DNA from: an uncultured Pseudomonadales bacterium | GTDB taxonomy: Bacteria; Patescibacteriota; Microgenomatia; UBA1400; PJMF01 | DNA: 64,000 nt | Reading direction: 5' to 3' | NCBI GenBank assembly: GCA_964583795.1 | Contig: CAZOWX010000003.1 | Span: forward strand, 23,978-87,977 | Part shown: one piece after another, positions 1-9,475 of the stretch | Numbering within the stretch: position 1 is the first letter of the stretch | Layout of the letters: each line of letters begins with the position of its first letter | The notes under the pieces: model-generated | What the model saw: only the letters and a program-made list of their open reading frames with translations | Database searches by the model: none | What the model was told of the DNA's origin: nothing | Translations under genes and position numbers: made by a program

Positions 1-52
1 ACTGAGCATTCTCGAACCATTTTCTCAATAAACTAGAGAAATAAAGGAAGAT

Positions 53-472
53 ATGTCTACTGGAGTAGAAACACTAAAGTATTTAGCAGCAATTACTGCT
101 GAAGATGAAGAAAACACTCAGATTAGAGAATGGACACGATTCGGGTTGCCTTTGGAGGGAGGCCAAAATATCGTTATTACTCCGATTACTTTAGACGATG
201 AAAAACTCATTCAAACGTTAAGTGATGTCATCCAAAAACTCTGGCAAGAACAACCAGATTTAATGTTGAGCCTTTTTTGTTTTGGTTTTGACTATGGAGT
301 TTTGAGAATGCTAAAAGCATTTGAAAAAGTAGGAGTGCAGGTAGATATGAAGCAATCTACGACTAGGGTTATTGATCCAAGCGAGCTTCAAAGACATCCT
401 CTCAAGGATTATACTCATTTCCCATTTGGTAAGTTATTACTGGTAACGCTAAAGCGCCAAAGAGTGCAATAA
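53..472 (+). CDS. hypothetical protein
   Basis: 139-aa ORF with no recognisable motifs. It sits upstream of the kbl-like gene. Confidence 0.35.
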   Translation: MSTGVETLKYLAAITAEDEENTQIREWTRFGLPLEGGQNIVITPITLDDEKLIQTLSDVIQKLWQEQPDLMLSLFCFGFDYGVLRMLKAFEKVGVQVDMKQSTTRVIDPSELQRHPLKDYTHFPFGKLLLVTLKRQRVQ

Positions 473-629
473 CGTTTGGTTTGTTAACATACGTTATCAA
501 CTTTAGTAATCTCAATTCACCATACACCCCCAAAACTCACAAATCGTAGTATAGTACTCTCAAAAGTTGCTGATTTGAAATGGGTCCCGCACTGCGGGAT
601 GATGTTTATTTGTAGCCGAAAGGAGCTCT

Positions 630-1868
630 ATGTCACGAGCCAATTTTGTCAAAGCCATGCAGAGTGAGGTGAGTCGGATTGACGGTACCAAAACACAAAA
701 GCGCCAAGAGAAAGTGATTGAAGGGTTCACCAAAGATGTGTCGCCTCGCGCGCTGATCGATGGTCGTGAAGTGCGAATTTTTAACTCCAATGATTATTTA
801 GGATTGCGCCATCACCCGAAAGTGAAAAAGGCAGAGCATGAAGCTAGTGAATTGTATGGGGCAGGTCCTGGGGCAGTGCGATTTATTTCTGGGAGTTTGA
901 AAGTGCATCGCGATCTTGAAAATGCGTTGGCAAAATTCCACGGACGTGAAGCAGGGATGATTTTTTCTAGTGCCTTTGCTACTAACATGGCTGTGCTGTT
1001 TTGTTTACTCAAAGGACAGAATAAAGACTCACTCATCACCGGCCGTGCATTAGTGATTAGCGACGCGCTCAACCACCGCAGTATTATTGATGGCATCCGA
1101 GTAGCTGGACTTGATGCTGACCAGAAAGAAATTTTTAACCACATGGATGCAGACAGTTTGCGTGAAGTGCTGGCAAAAAATACTGGCAAATTCGAGCGAG
1201 TCATTGTGGTGACTGATGGGGTGTTTAGTATGCTGGGTGAGTATCAGGATTTAAAGGCTCTTCGCAAAGTGGTGGATGAGTTTGATGGGAAGTTTGATCA
1301 TGGAGTCTGGTTAGTGATGGATGATGCGCACGGCGTTGGAATTGGCGGTGAGACTGGTCGAGGTACTGAAGAGGTAAGCGGTGCTCGGGTGGATATCTTG
1401 ATCGGGACAATGGGTAAAGCGTTTGGAACTGATGGGGGATATGTGGTTGCAGATCAAAGTGTGATTGATTTCTTGCGAGAATCAGCGGCAACGTATATTT
1501 ACTCGAATAATATTGCTCCGGGAACTGCGGGAGCGGCACTGGCATCAGTGCAGATTGTGGGAAGTGCGGAAGGGAAAGCCCTTTTGACCCAGTCACGCGC
1601 TAATGTCGATCGATTCAAACATTTGATGAAAGAAGCAGGGTTTACGTTTGCCGCCGACTCACATCATCCAATTCAGCCGATTTTAATTGCAGAACCGGTG
1701 AAAACCAAGGCACTCACTGATGCATTGTTCGAGGCTGGATTTTTAGTCACCAACATTAACTACCCAGTCGTACCCAAAGGCAAAGATGAGATCCGGGTAC
1801 AATTAAGCGCCACTCATACGCTTCAGGACATTGAAGCGTTTGTAAAGGCGGCGGAACGCCTTGCTTAG
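630..1868 (+). CDS. PLP-dependent alpha-oxoamine synthase (glycine C-acetyltransferase / 8-amino-7-oxononanoate synthase family)
   Basis: Class-II aminotransferase fold with the PLP lysine motif GTMGKAFG and a DDAHGVG region. Full length is 412 aa. Confidence 0.8.
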   Translation: MSRANFVKAMQSEVSRIDGTKTQKRQEKVIEGFTKDVSPRALIDGREVRIFNSNDYLGLRHHPKVKKAEHEASELYGAGPGAVRFISGSLKVHRDLENALAKFHGREAGMIFSSAFATNMAVLFCLLKGQNKDSLITGRALVISDALNHRSIIDGIRVAGLDADQKEIFNHMDADSLREVLAKNTGKFERVIVVTDGVFSMLGEYQDLKALRKVVDEFDGKFDHGVWLVMDDAHGVGIGGETGRGTEEVSGARVDILIGTMGKAFGTDGGYVVADQSVIDFLRESAATYIYSNNIAPGTAGAALASVQIVGSAEGKALLTQSRANVDRFKHLMKEAGFTFAADSHHPIQPILIAEPVKTKALTDALFEAGFLVTNINYPVVPKGKDEIRVQLSATHTLQDIEAFVKAAERLA

Positions 1869-2155
1869 GTACCAGAGCGTCGGGTTTCAGGTATAAGGGA
1901 CGATGTAAGTCTATACTGCCTCGTCTTTAGTCCGTTGATGAAGATGTAACTCTGAAAAACAGTTAAAAATAAAAAGTCGTCATCCCGAACAGATCTGGTG
2001 AGGAACGAACCAGACAGATTCGGGATCTAAAGTTTGAGCACTTTTTTGTCATAATAAATGAAATCGATAATTTCTGTTTAACTTCGAAGTATTTTGACTT
2101 TAGATCCCGATGTTCATCGGGATGACGACTTTATTATTTACCTTCATCCAAATCA

Positions 2156-2659
2156 TTAGCTCTTTTGTTGTTTGCAATACAGATCGGGCAAGATTGAACG
2201 ACTAGGTCTCTCTGGATCGACATAGATCACTACTTCACCACCCTCATTCATCTGTTTAGGAACCGGCAAGCAGTATTCAATTCCAGTGTACTGTTGCCCA
2301 TTAAACGAATAGTTATAAACGATGCCCCACCGATGAATTTGAGAAAAAATTGATATTGGTGTGACAATAAAACCCGATTGCGTGATCTTTCCCATGAGTT
2401 CTATATGGTGAGTGAAAAAATACTGTTTTTGCTTGATATTGCGATAAATAGGTAGTAAACCAAGAAGTGGAATAAACAAAAGTAAGAGGAGGGGACTGAA
2501 TGGATTTCCTTTATCTATCTCTGGAGAGGTTGTAAGCACATAGATATATGAAACCAAAAAGCTCAATGATTGAAAGGAAAAGATCGCCAAAAGACCAGCG
2601 ATCGTAGCAGTCACTAGATTTTTTGAAAAATAAAGCTCAATCGAAAATTTTCTTTCCAT
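2156..2659 (-). CDS. DUF3592-like two-TM membrane protein (paralog 1)
   Basis: N-terminal MERKFSIE, two TM helices, C-terminal beta region ending ...VVIYVDPERPSRSILPDLYC. It is the tandem paralog of the adjacent gene. Confidence 0.55.
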   Translation of the reverse strand: MERKFSIELYFSKNLVTATIAGLLAIFSFQSLSFLVSYIYVLTTSPEIDKGNPFSPLLLLLFIPLLGLLPIYRNIKQKQYFFTHHIELMGKITQSGFIVTPISIFSQIHRWGIVYNYSFNGQQYTGIEYCLPVPKQMNEGGEVVIYVDPERPSRSILPDLYCKQQKS

Positions 2660-2661
2660 AG

Positions 2662-3180
2662 CTATCCATTGCTCGAATTTTGGTTGTGATTGTTGGGTTT
2701 ACAATACAAATCAGGCAAGATTGATCGATCTGGTTTTTCTGGGTTGAGATAGACCGCCACTTCATCACCAACTTTAAGTTCCTTTGGTATTGGCGCTATG
2801 TATGTAACGCCCATATATTCTTGACCGTTGTACGAATAGGTATAACGAATTCCATGTGTGGGTGAATCTGAAAGGACATCAACCAGTGATCCGATGTATC
2901 CTGTTTGTGTTATTTTTCCAGTAACTTCAGCATGATGTTGAAAGAATTTTTTTGTGTTTCGAATACCTATCCAGACAACCAAGAGTAGAACATAGGGAAT
3001 CAAAATCCAAAGCATTTGGACACTCAAATGAAAGCTTCTTCGTTCAGAAATGAGGAACGTGATTCCGAAAATTAATCCTATTACAAAAAACTGTGCAGCA
3101 AATATGATCCCCAAAACAGCAAGAAATGCAGCAGGAAGGTTTGATTTAAAGTATTGTTCAATCGAGAATTGTCTTTCCAT
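2662..3180 (-). CDS. DUF3592-like two-TM membrane protein (paralog 2)
   Basis: MERQFSIE... and ...VAVYLNPEKPDRSILPDLYC. It shares conserved blocks with 2156-2659, including the N-terminal MER(K/Q)FSIE motif and the C-terminal RSILPDLYCK. Confidence 0.55.
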   Translation of the reverse strand: MERQFSIEQYFKSNLPAAFLAVLGIIFAAQFFVIGLIFGITFLISERRSFHLSVQMLWILIPYVLLLVVWIGIRNTKKFFQHHAEVTGKITQTGYIGSLVDVLSDSPTHGIRYTYSYNGQEYMGVTYIAPIPKELKVGDEVAVYLNPEKPDRSILPDLYCKPNNHNQNSSNG

Positions 3181-3385
3181 ATAAAGATATCATAGAAAAG
3201 AGAGTGGGGGATGTAAATGTGATAGGGAAATCTTTGTTTTTATTTCCCAATAGACATAGTTGCGGTAACAAAGTGCTGGTATAGAGGGGAAGAGCAAAGT
3301 TGTTCTGTTGTTGGGTGGTTGAGTTGTTATAATGCACGTAATCACTTAACAACCCAACAACTAACAACATAACAACCCAGTTTCA

Positions 3386-5128
3386 ATGTCTTGGTATCGT
3401 ACCTACCGGCCACAAACAGTCAGCGCACTTCATATTGATAGTGTCCGAGAGAGTTTGCAAAAAATGCTTCAGTCTGGGAACCTCCCTCAGGCGCTCCTAT
3501 TTTCTGGGCCAAAAGGAACAGGAAAAACCTCAAGCGCTCGGATCATTGCCAAAGTACTCAACTGTGAACACAATGCCAAGCACGAGGCTGGCAAACCGTG
3601 GAAAGAACCATGTAATACTTGTGAGTTGTGTGTACTGATTACCAAAGGTTCGGCACTGAATGTCGTGGAGATGGATGGCGCGAGCAATCGGCGCATCGAT
3701 GATATTCGTGCACTCAAAGAGCGTCTGTATCTTCCTCCGTCGCAGGGACAGAAAGTGGTGTACATCATCGATGAAGTGCACATGTTGACCAAAGAAGCCT
3801 TCAATGCGCTTTTGAAAATGTTGGAGGAGCCACCAGAACATGTGGTGTTCATTTTTGCTACGACCGACCCGCAAAAGATTCCAGAAACGGTCATTTCTCG
3901 TGCGACCAGAGTGCAGTTTACCAAAGCATCCGTGTCAGAATTGGCCAAATCACTGCAAGAAATATCAAAAAAAGAAAAAATTGAGGTTGACCAACAAAGC
4001 CTCGAACTTATCGCCCAGAGTGCCGATGGCAGTTTTCGCGACGCTGTGAAGCTATTCGAGCAGTTAGTGAGCAGAGCGAAAGCAGACAAGAGTGTCATAA
4101 ACACGCAATGGGTAGAGAATGTTCTTTCGACTGTTTCGAGCGATGGGGTAGTGAAATTATTGCAAAGCATTTTAGCCAAAGACGAAAAAGCAGTGGTAGC
4201 CTATTTTCAAACCATTCGCTCGCAAAACGTGGAAGCGACAGTGATTCACAAGCAGTTGCTCGCTTTTTTACACACAGAGCTGATCAAAGCGCTCACAAGC
4301 AGCGAGGAACCGTTTACCCGCAAAGAGGTGTTGCTGTATTTGCTCAAACAATTTAGCGGCGTGGATATCCCCCAGTTGCATCCGTTCCCATTGTTACCGC
4401 TAGAGCTATGCGCAATTGAAATGGTGCTCAAAAGCAAAGAAAAAGATCGAACTGGCGGAGCAAATAGCAATAGTGTAAAAAATACAAAACACGAAGAAAA
4501 TGCGAAACTTGATAAAGTTGAAAGTCCCCCTCCTTCGTCCCGCAGTGCGGGAAAATTACAACTTGATCATCAGTCAGGTTTCCATTCAAGTGACTTCGGC
4601 GGGCAAAGTAAGTTGCAAGTTGTAAGTAATAAACAGGATGAAAACAATGATACTGTTTCTGATGCTGTTACGACGTTCGATATTTCTGAAGATTTTGCAG
4701 CTGATGATTCTCTTGTCAGTACTGAGTCTGCTGCGATGAAACCAGAATTCAACGATGCGACGGTAGAAGTTATTGAGTCAACATCAAACCAAGCGGATGG
4801 TTCTTTAGTTGGTCAAAAATGGCAGGAGTTATTGAAAATGATTGGAAAACATAACTTGTCTCTTGAAGCTATTTTACGCAGTGCCCGGTTTGCCAAGGGT
4901 GAACTCGGTCGAGCAACGATCAACGTGTTTTACTCATTTCACAAAGAACAGTTGGAGTTGCAGCGTTACCGAAACATTGTTGAACAAGCCATTTTTGAGT
5001 TACTTGGTGGACGTGTGCAGTTTGAGTATATCCTATCCCAGCCTCAGTCATCACAAGCCTCCGATGATAACGTTCGGGGGAATGTTGATAAAGAGTTTGT
5101 GAGCACGATTGAGGATGCACTGCTTTAG
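3386..5128 (+). CDS. dnaX: DNA polymerase III subunit gamma/tau
   Basis: Walker A GPKGTGKTS, zinc module CNTCELC, DEVHML box. A low-complexity linker carries an in-frame repeat insertion. Confidence 0.9.
   Translation: MSWYRTYRPQTVSALHIDSVRESLQKMLQSGNLPQALLFSGPKGTGKTSSARIIAKVLNCEHNAKHEAGKPWKEPCNTCELCVLITKGSALNVVEMDGASNRRIDDIRALKERLYLPPSQGQKVVYIIDEVHMLTKEAFNALLKMLEEPPEHVVFIFATTDPQKIPETVISRATRVQFTKASVSELAKSLQEISKKEKIEVDQQSLELIAQSADGSFRDAVKLFEQLVSRAKADKSVINTQWVENVLSTVSSDGVVKLLQSILAKDEKAVVAYFQTIRSQNVEATVIHKQLLAFLHTELIKALTSSEEPFTRKEVLLYLLKQFSGVDIPQLHPFPLLPLELCAIEMVLKSKEKDRTGGANSNSVKNTKHEENAKLDKVESPPPSSRSAGKLQLDHQSGFHSSDFGGQSKLQVVSNKQDENNDTVSDAVTTFDISEDFAADDSLVSTESAAMKPEFNDATVEVIESTSNQADGSLVGQKWQELLKMIGKHNLSLEAILRSARFAKGELGRATINVFYSFHKEQLELQRYRNIVEQAIFELLGGRVQFEYILSQPQSSQASDDNVRGNVDKEFVSTIEDALL
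4523..4582 (+). repeat. Intergenic-type repeat (CCCCTCC...TCCCGCAGTGCGGGA...GTCAGGT) inserted in frame within dnaX
   Basis: Same motif architecture as the intergenic copy at 55005-55060 and the ychF insert at 43299-43355. It encodes ...PPPSSRSAGKLQLDHQSG... in the DnaX linker. Confidence 0.55.
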
Positions 5129-5139
5129 ATTGTTGATGG

Positions 5140-5180
5140 TGCCAGTCCTAGACAGGTCCGCCTTGGACGGAGAATGTGGG
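5140..5180 (+). repeat. Double-hairpin repeat, degenerate copy (TGCCAGYCCAAGGCTGG-TCCGCCTTGGGCGGAGAGTGTG family)
   Basis: Immediately 3' of the dnaX stop. Matches the copies at 13446 and 50387. Confidence 0.5.
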
Positions 5181-5242
5181 TGGTGTTTTGTTTATCTGAA
5201 AAAAAACAAATACTGCATCGAAAGTAAGAAATCTTAAATGTT

Positions 5243-5313
5243 GTCATCCTTGACCCGATGAATGAACCCGGCCAACGGCCGAGCAAAGCCATCGAGATCG
5301 AGGATCTGACTCT
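5243..5313 (+). repeat. Hairpin MITE-like repeat, long subfamily (GTCATCCTTGACCCGATGAATGAACCCGG...GAGGATC)
   Basis: Shares CGTCATCC / GGATC termini and the GACCCGATGAATGAACC core with copies at 60428, 56956 and 14305. Confidence 0.55.
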
Positions 5314-5372
5314 ACTATCTTTATAGTATTGATCTGTAAGTAGCCTTAAGAATTGATATACTTGTTTTAGAT

Positions 5373-5909
5373 ATGAAACACAAAACATCTCAAAAGTTCC
5401 CTACCTGGCTAATCATCCTTGGGGTGATTGGAGCATTTCTTTTTATTGTTGTCCCCCTAGTTGTTTTTTTTCTGATAAAACCCGTGCAAATTGTAGGAAA
5501 AGCGATGGAACCAGGTTATCGCTTAGGTGAGTACTACCTGACCGATCGACAGGCCTACCTGTTTGCCACGCCAAAGCGATCTGATGTGGTGGTTTATCGC
5601 TACAATTTTGATGGAAAAAATGTGTTGATTATTTCTCGAGTTATTGGACTACCCGGTGATCGTATTGAAACAAAAAATGGTGTTGTGTGGATCAACGGAC
5701 AAAAGTTTGATGAACCATATCTTGAAGCAAATACAAAAACGACCATTGCGGGTCAGGATTTTAATCGAATTTTGTCTGATCAGGAGTACTTTGTATTGGG
5801 AGATAATCGAGAGCACAGTATGGATTCCAGAAAAAATGGCCCGATTAAGCAAAGTGATATCAAAGGAAAAGTCACGACTCGATACTGGCCAATTGAGAGA
5901 GTTGAGTAG
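5373..5909 (+). CDS. lepB: Signal peptidase I (S26) homolog with substituted catalytic dyad
   Basis: N-terminal TM anchor. Box C RSDVVVYRY, box D RVIGLPGD and box E GDNREHSMDSR are conserved. Box B reads GKAMEPG (Ala where Ser is expected) and box D is preceded by Ser where Lys is expected. Confidence 0.75.
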   Translation: MKHKTSQKFPTWLIILGVIGAFLFIVVPLVVFFLIKPVQIVGKAMEPGYRLGEYYLTDRQAYLFATPKRSDVVVYRYNFDGKNVLIISRVIGLPGDRIETKNGVVWINGQKFDEPYLEANTKTTIAGQDFNRILSDQEYFVLGDNREHSMDSRKNGPIKQSDIKGKVTTRYWPIERVE

Positions 5910-6070
5910 TGTACTATGTTATCGTGCTGGTGTTGTAAATTGATTAGTGAGACTTGTATCGTCTGTCAACTTTTGCCTTTTTACCTTTGACTTTTAACCT
6001 TTCCAACTTAAGTGTGACAACCCGGTACAATTTGATATAATCGACAAAATAGCGAAAGCGAAAGGACCGT

Positions 6071-6358
6071 ATGGCAGGTAACCCATTTAAAGCACTTGGC
6101 GATCTGAATCAACTGCGCAAGCAAGCACAGCAGATGCAAAAAGATTTAGCTGCAGAAGAAATAACCGTACAACGTGGTGACATTGTGGTGGTCATTAGCG
6201 GTGATCAAAAAATTCGTCAATTTAGTGTCCAGGGAATTACTTCTCAAGATGCTATTGATGTACTCAACGAAGCAATCAAGAAATCACAAGAGTTAGCCGC
6301 AAAGAAACTTCAATCCATGACTGGTGGTCTTGGTGGACTAATGGGACAAGGGAAGTAA
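6071..6358 (+). CDS. ybaB: Nucleoid-associated protein YbaB/EbfC
   Basis: 95 aa, MAGNPFKALGDLNQLRKQAQQMQKDL... typical of the YbaB family. The dnaX-ybaB-recR neighbourhood is preserved but interrupted by other genes. Confidence 0.85.
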   Translation: MAGNPFKALGDLNQLRKQAQQMQKDLAAEEITVQRGDIVVVISGDQKIRQFSVQGITSQDAIDVLNEAIKKSQELAAKKLQSMTGGLGGLMGQGK

Positions 6359-6407
6359 TCTTTAGGTGTCAGAGCGTCGGGTTTCAGGAGTCAGTGGCTA
6401 CCACTTT

Positions 6408-6468
6408 CGTCATCCTGAACAGTCTAGTGAGCTTGCGAACGAGACGGATTCAGGATCTAATGTCAGAA
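6408..6468 (+). repeat. Hairpin MITE-like repeat (CGTCATCCTGAACAGTCTAGTGAGC...GATTCAGGATCTAATGTCAGAA)
   Basis: Stem ATCCTGAA / TTCAGGAT. Related to the copies at 24577 and 55436. Confidence 0.55.
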
Positions 6469-6663
6469 TTCATTTTGTGCAGTCTTTCTGGTGCTTTTGC
6501 CACATAACAAAATAGAGTTATTGTCCAAGATCCTGCAACAAGTATGAATCTTGTGAATCCTGGCTCCTCATATTCCGCTATGGATTCACGATCTGATTGA
6601 ATTGATTAAAAAGTGTATCAGTTTAGTTCAGTCGAGGATGACGTACTTTTCTCTTCAACCATA

Positions 6664-6712
6664 TAACCACGTAACACCATAACCACATAACCACATAACC
6701 ACATAACAACCC
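6664..6712 (+). repeat. Tandem repeat of AACCACAT-type units
   Basis: Direct reading: cataaccacataaccacataaccacataac. Confidence 0.6.
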
Positions 6713-6903
6713 AGTAACTCTTTTAGATAGGTTTTCTTAGTAACAAAGCAACTAAACAACTAAGCAACAAACCAACCAACCAACCCCCACAGCCCCTAGA
6801 CACCGTCATTTTTCTATAGTACTTTGAGTCATTGCGATGCAACGGTTCAACCAGTCATTGCATTCCCTATATACTATATACTAACCCCTACATACTTATT
6901 CCC

Positions 6904-7848
6904 ATGCGACTCATCCTCACTGGCTCCATCGCCATCGATAGAATTCTAAACTTTAGCGGCAAGTACGCTGATGTTATTGCCCCTGATAAACTGCATGTAT
7001 TATCTCTTTCCGTGTTGGTCGATAACTTAGTTGATACTCGTGGGGGAATTGCCGCCAATATTGCATATGGATTAGCGCTACTGGGGGAAAAACCAGTGTT
7101 ATTGGGCAGTGTCGGTCATGATGCGAAAGGGTATATGAATGATTTGGCAGCGCTTGGGATCGATACTTCACATGTTCATTTTTCAAAGAAACCAACCGCC
7201 AGTTTTACGGTGATGACCGATACCGCTGATTGCCAAGTCGGTGGCTTTTATTCTGGCGCGATGAGTGACTCAAGTAGTTTGACGCTCGACGCTTTTGATC
7301 CGGCACGTGATTTTATAGTCATTTCGCCACATGACCCCAAAGCCATGGCGTTGCAGGTCAAGCAAGCGACTGATCGAGGGTTCCATTACTTTTATGACGT
7401 TGGTCAGCAAGTGAGTAATGTGCCTGATGAAGATGTAGTCAATGGAATTGCTAAAGCATCACTACTCATTGTGAATGATTATGAAATGGGAGTAATTGAA
7501 AAGAAAACGAAATTAACTCAAGCCCAGATTGTGAAAAATGTCCCTGTGGTAGTTATTACCTTAGGAGAAAAAGGATCGTTGATTTTTGATCATGGAAAAA
7601 AGCATGAAGTGAGTGCCGTTCCAGTGAAAAAAGTGGTTGACCCAACCGGTGCAGGCGATGCGTTTCGATCAGGATTTTTATTTGGCTATGTTCGTGATTG
7701 GCCAATTGTACAGTGTGCAAAGCTCGGCTCAATTGTGGCTACATTTGCGATTGCACAGCATGGAACACAAGAGCATCACTTTTCCAAAGCTGATATTGAA
7801 AAGATTGCGAAAAAGCAATATAAATTGGTTCTAGGTTCTAGGTTCTAG
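6904..7848 (+). CDS. PfkB-family carbohydrate/nucleoside kinase (adenosine-kinase-like)
   Basis: Ribokinase-like fold with the GG dipeptide and a C-terminal DPTGAGDAF anion-hole motif. The likely start is MRLILTG at 6904 rather than the upstream ORF start at 6832. The last five codons (LGSRF) are encoded by the (GGTTCTA)n array. Confidence 0.75.
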   Translation: MRLILTGSIAIDRILNFSGKYADVIAPDKLHVLSLSVLVDNLVDTRGGIAANIAYGLALLGEKPVLLGSVGHDAKGYMNDLAALGIDTSHVHFSKKPTASFTVMTDTADCQVGGFYSGAMSDSSSLTLDAFDPARDFIVISPHDPKAMALQVKQATDRGFHYFYDVGQQVSNVPDEDVVNGIAKASLLIVNDYEMGVIEKKTKLTQAQIVKNVPVVVITLGEKGSLIFDHGKKHEVSAVPVKKVVDPTGAGDAFRSGFLFGYVRDWPIVQCAKLGSIVATFAIAQHGTQEHHFSKADIEKIAKKQYKLVLGSRF

Positions 7849-7880
7849 GTTCTAGGTTCTAGGTTCTAGGTTCTAGGTTT
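7827..7880 (+). repeat. (GGTTCTA)n heptamer tandem array, about 7.5 units
   Basis: Direct reading. The same array recurs at 47671 and 57984. Confidence 0.8.
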
Positions 7881-8035
7881 GGTTGTTGCTTTGTTATTAA
7901 GAACTACTTACAGACAGATAAAGCAAATCGAAAAGAAGTGGCACTTGTCGCTTGAGGCTTGAAGCATGAAACTTGAAGCCAAAATAAAAGCTTGTAGCTT
8001 TTTTATTAACAAAATTTCTATTAAAAAGGACATTT

Positions 8036-9436
8036 ATGCCAAAGCAAAACTACCAAGTCAAAGATATCAAGCTCGCTGACTGGGGCAGAAAAGAGATTGA
8101 TCTGGCAGAGCAAGAAATGCCAGGACTGATGAGCTTGCGTGAACAGTATGGTAAGAAAAAACCCCTCAAAGGTGCTCGAATTACTGGCTCACTGCACATG
8201 ACGATTCAAACTGCTGTGTTGATAGAGACACTGCAAGCACTCGGAGCACAAGTCCGTTGGGCTTCGTGTAATATTTTTTCCACGCAAGATCACGCTGCCG
8301 CAGCTATTGCTAAAGCTGGGACAACAGTATTTGCATACAAGGGTGAGTCACTCAAGGATTATTGGGAATATATTGACCAAACATTGGATTGGGGAAACGG
8401 CTTGGGACCAAATCTTATCTTAGACGACGGAGGAGATCCCACTCTTTTTGTGCATTTAGGATACAAGGCAGAGGAAGATCCGAAAGTATTGGATAAAAAG
8501 CCAGAGAGTGAAGACGAAGAGTTTTTACTGAAACAGTTAAAAATTTCTTTGAAAAAAGACCCAAAGCGCTTTCATCGCATTATCAAAGACATTCGAGGTG
8601 TGAGTGAAGAAACCACCTCGGGAGTGCATCGTCTATATCATATGCAAGATACCGGTGAGCTGCAATTTCCAGCATTCAACGTCAATGACTCAGTCACCAA
8701 ATCAAAATTTGATAACACCTATGGCTGTCGTCACTCATTGGTTGATGCTATCATGCGAGCAACTGACGTGATGTTGTCTGGGAAAGTAGCAGTCATTGCT
8801 GGCTACGGCGATGTTGGAAAAGGATGTGTGCAGTCACTCAAAGGTCAAGGAGCTCGAATTATTATTACCGAGATTGACCCCATTTGTGCGCTGCAGGCAG
8901 CGATGGAAGGGTATGAAGTGATGCAGATGAGTGATGCATGCAAAATTGGTGATATTTTTGTGACCGCAACAGGTTGTGAACATGTCATTACTCTAGAGCA
9001 CATGAAGCAGATGAAAGACAAGGCCATTGTGTGTAATATCGGTCACTTTGATGCGGAGATTGAAGTTGCCAAATTGCGTAAATTTAAATGGACCAATATC
9101 AAACCGCAAGTTGATTTGGTTCACTTGTCTAAGACAAAAAGTATTATTTTGCTTGCTGAAGGGCGATTAGTGAATCTCGGTTGTGCGATGGGTCACCCGA
9201 GTTTTGTGATGTCCAATAGCTTTACCAATCAAGTGTTGGCTCAAATGGAGCTTTTTGAAAAATTCGAGTCGTACGAGCCAAAGGTGTATCGACTGCCGAA
9301 AAAGTTGGATGAAGAAGTTGCCCGACTACATTTGGGTAAACTGGGAGTCAAACTCGATACATTAACGACTGCACAGGCAAAGTATCTCAATGTTCCAGTG
9401 GATGGACCATTTAAGCCAGAACACTACAGATACTAG
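8036..9436 (+). CDS. ahcY: Adenosylhomocysteinase
   Basis: Full-length 466-aa match to the SAH hydrolase architecture, including the NAD-binding GYGDVGKG motif. Confidence 0.95.
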   Translation: MPKQNYQVKDIKLADWGRKEIDLAEQEMPGLMSLREQYGKKKPLKGARITGSLHMTIQTAVLIETLQALGAQVRWASCNIFSTQDHAAAAIAKAGTTVFAYKGESLKDYWEYIDQTLDWGNGLGPNLILDDGGDPTLFVHLGYKAEEDPKVLDKKPESEDEEFLLKQLKISLKKDPKRFHRIIKDIRGVSEETTSGVHRLYHMQDTGELQFPAFNVNDSVTKSKFDNTYGCRHSLVDAIMRATDVMLSGKVAVIAGYGDVGKGCVQSLKGQGARIIITEIDPICALQAAMEGYEVMQMSDACKIGDIFVTATGCEHVITLEHMKQMKDKAIVCNIGHFDAEIEVAKLRKFKWTNIKPQVDLVHLSKTKSIILLAEGRLVNLGCAMGHPSFVMSNSFTNQVLAQMELFEKFESYEPKVYRLPKKLDEEVARLHLGKLGVKLDTLTTAQAKYLNVPVDGPFKPEHYRY

Positions 9437-9475
9437 ACTATAGACTTAAGACTATAGTCTATAGACTGGAATTGT

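Noticed and set aside
3435-5102. Short ORFs on both strands inside dnaX (3435-3638, 3487-4179, 3530-3874, 3840-4049, 4108-4356, 4246-4470, 4570-4752, 4842-5102, 4920-5120).
   Set aside because: Shadow frames of a well-supported 580-aa gene, with no independent signals.
6832-6903. N-terminal extension of the PfkB kinase ORF (MRCNGSTSHCIPYILYTNPYILIP).
   Set aside because: A non-protein-like extension read through from upstream. The conserved start is MRLILTG at 6904.
7849-8035. Looked for an SAH riboswitch upstream of ahcY.
   Set aside because: The leader is AT-rich with CTTGAAG repeats and lacks the GC-rich pseudoknotted SAH-element consensus.
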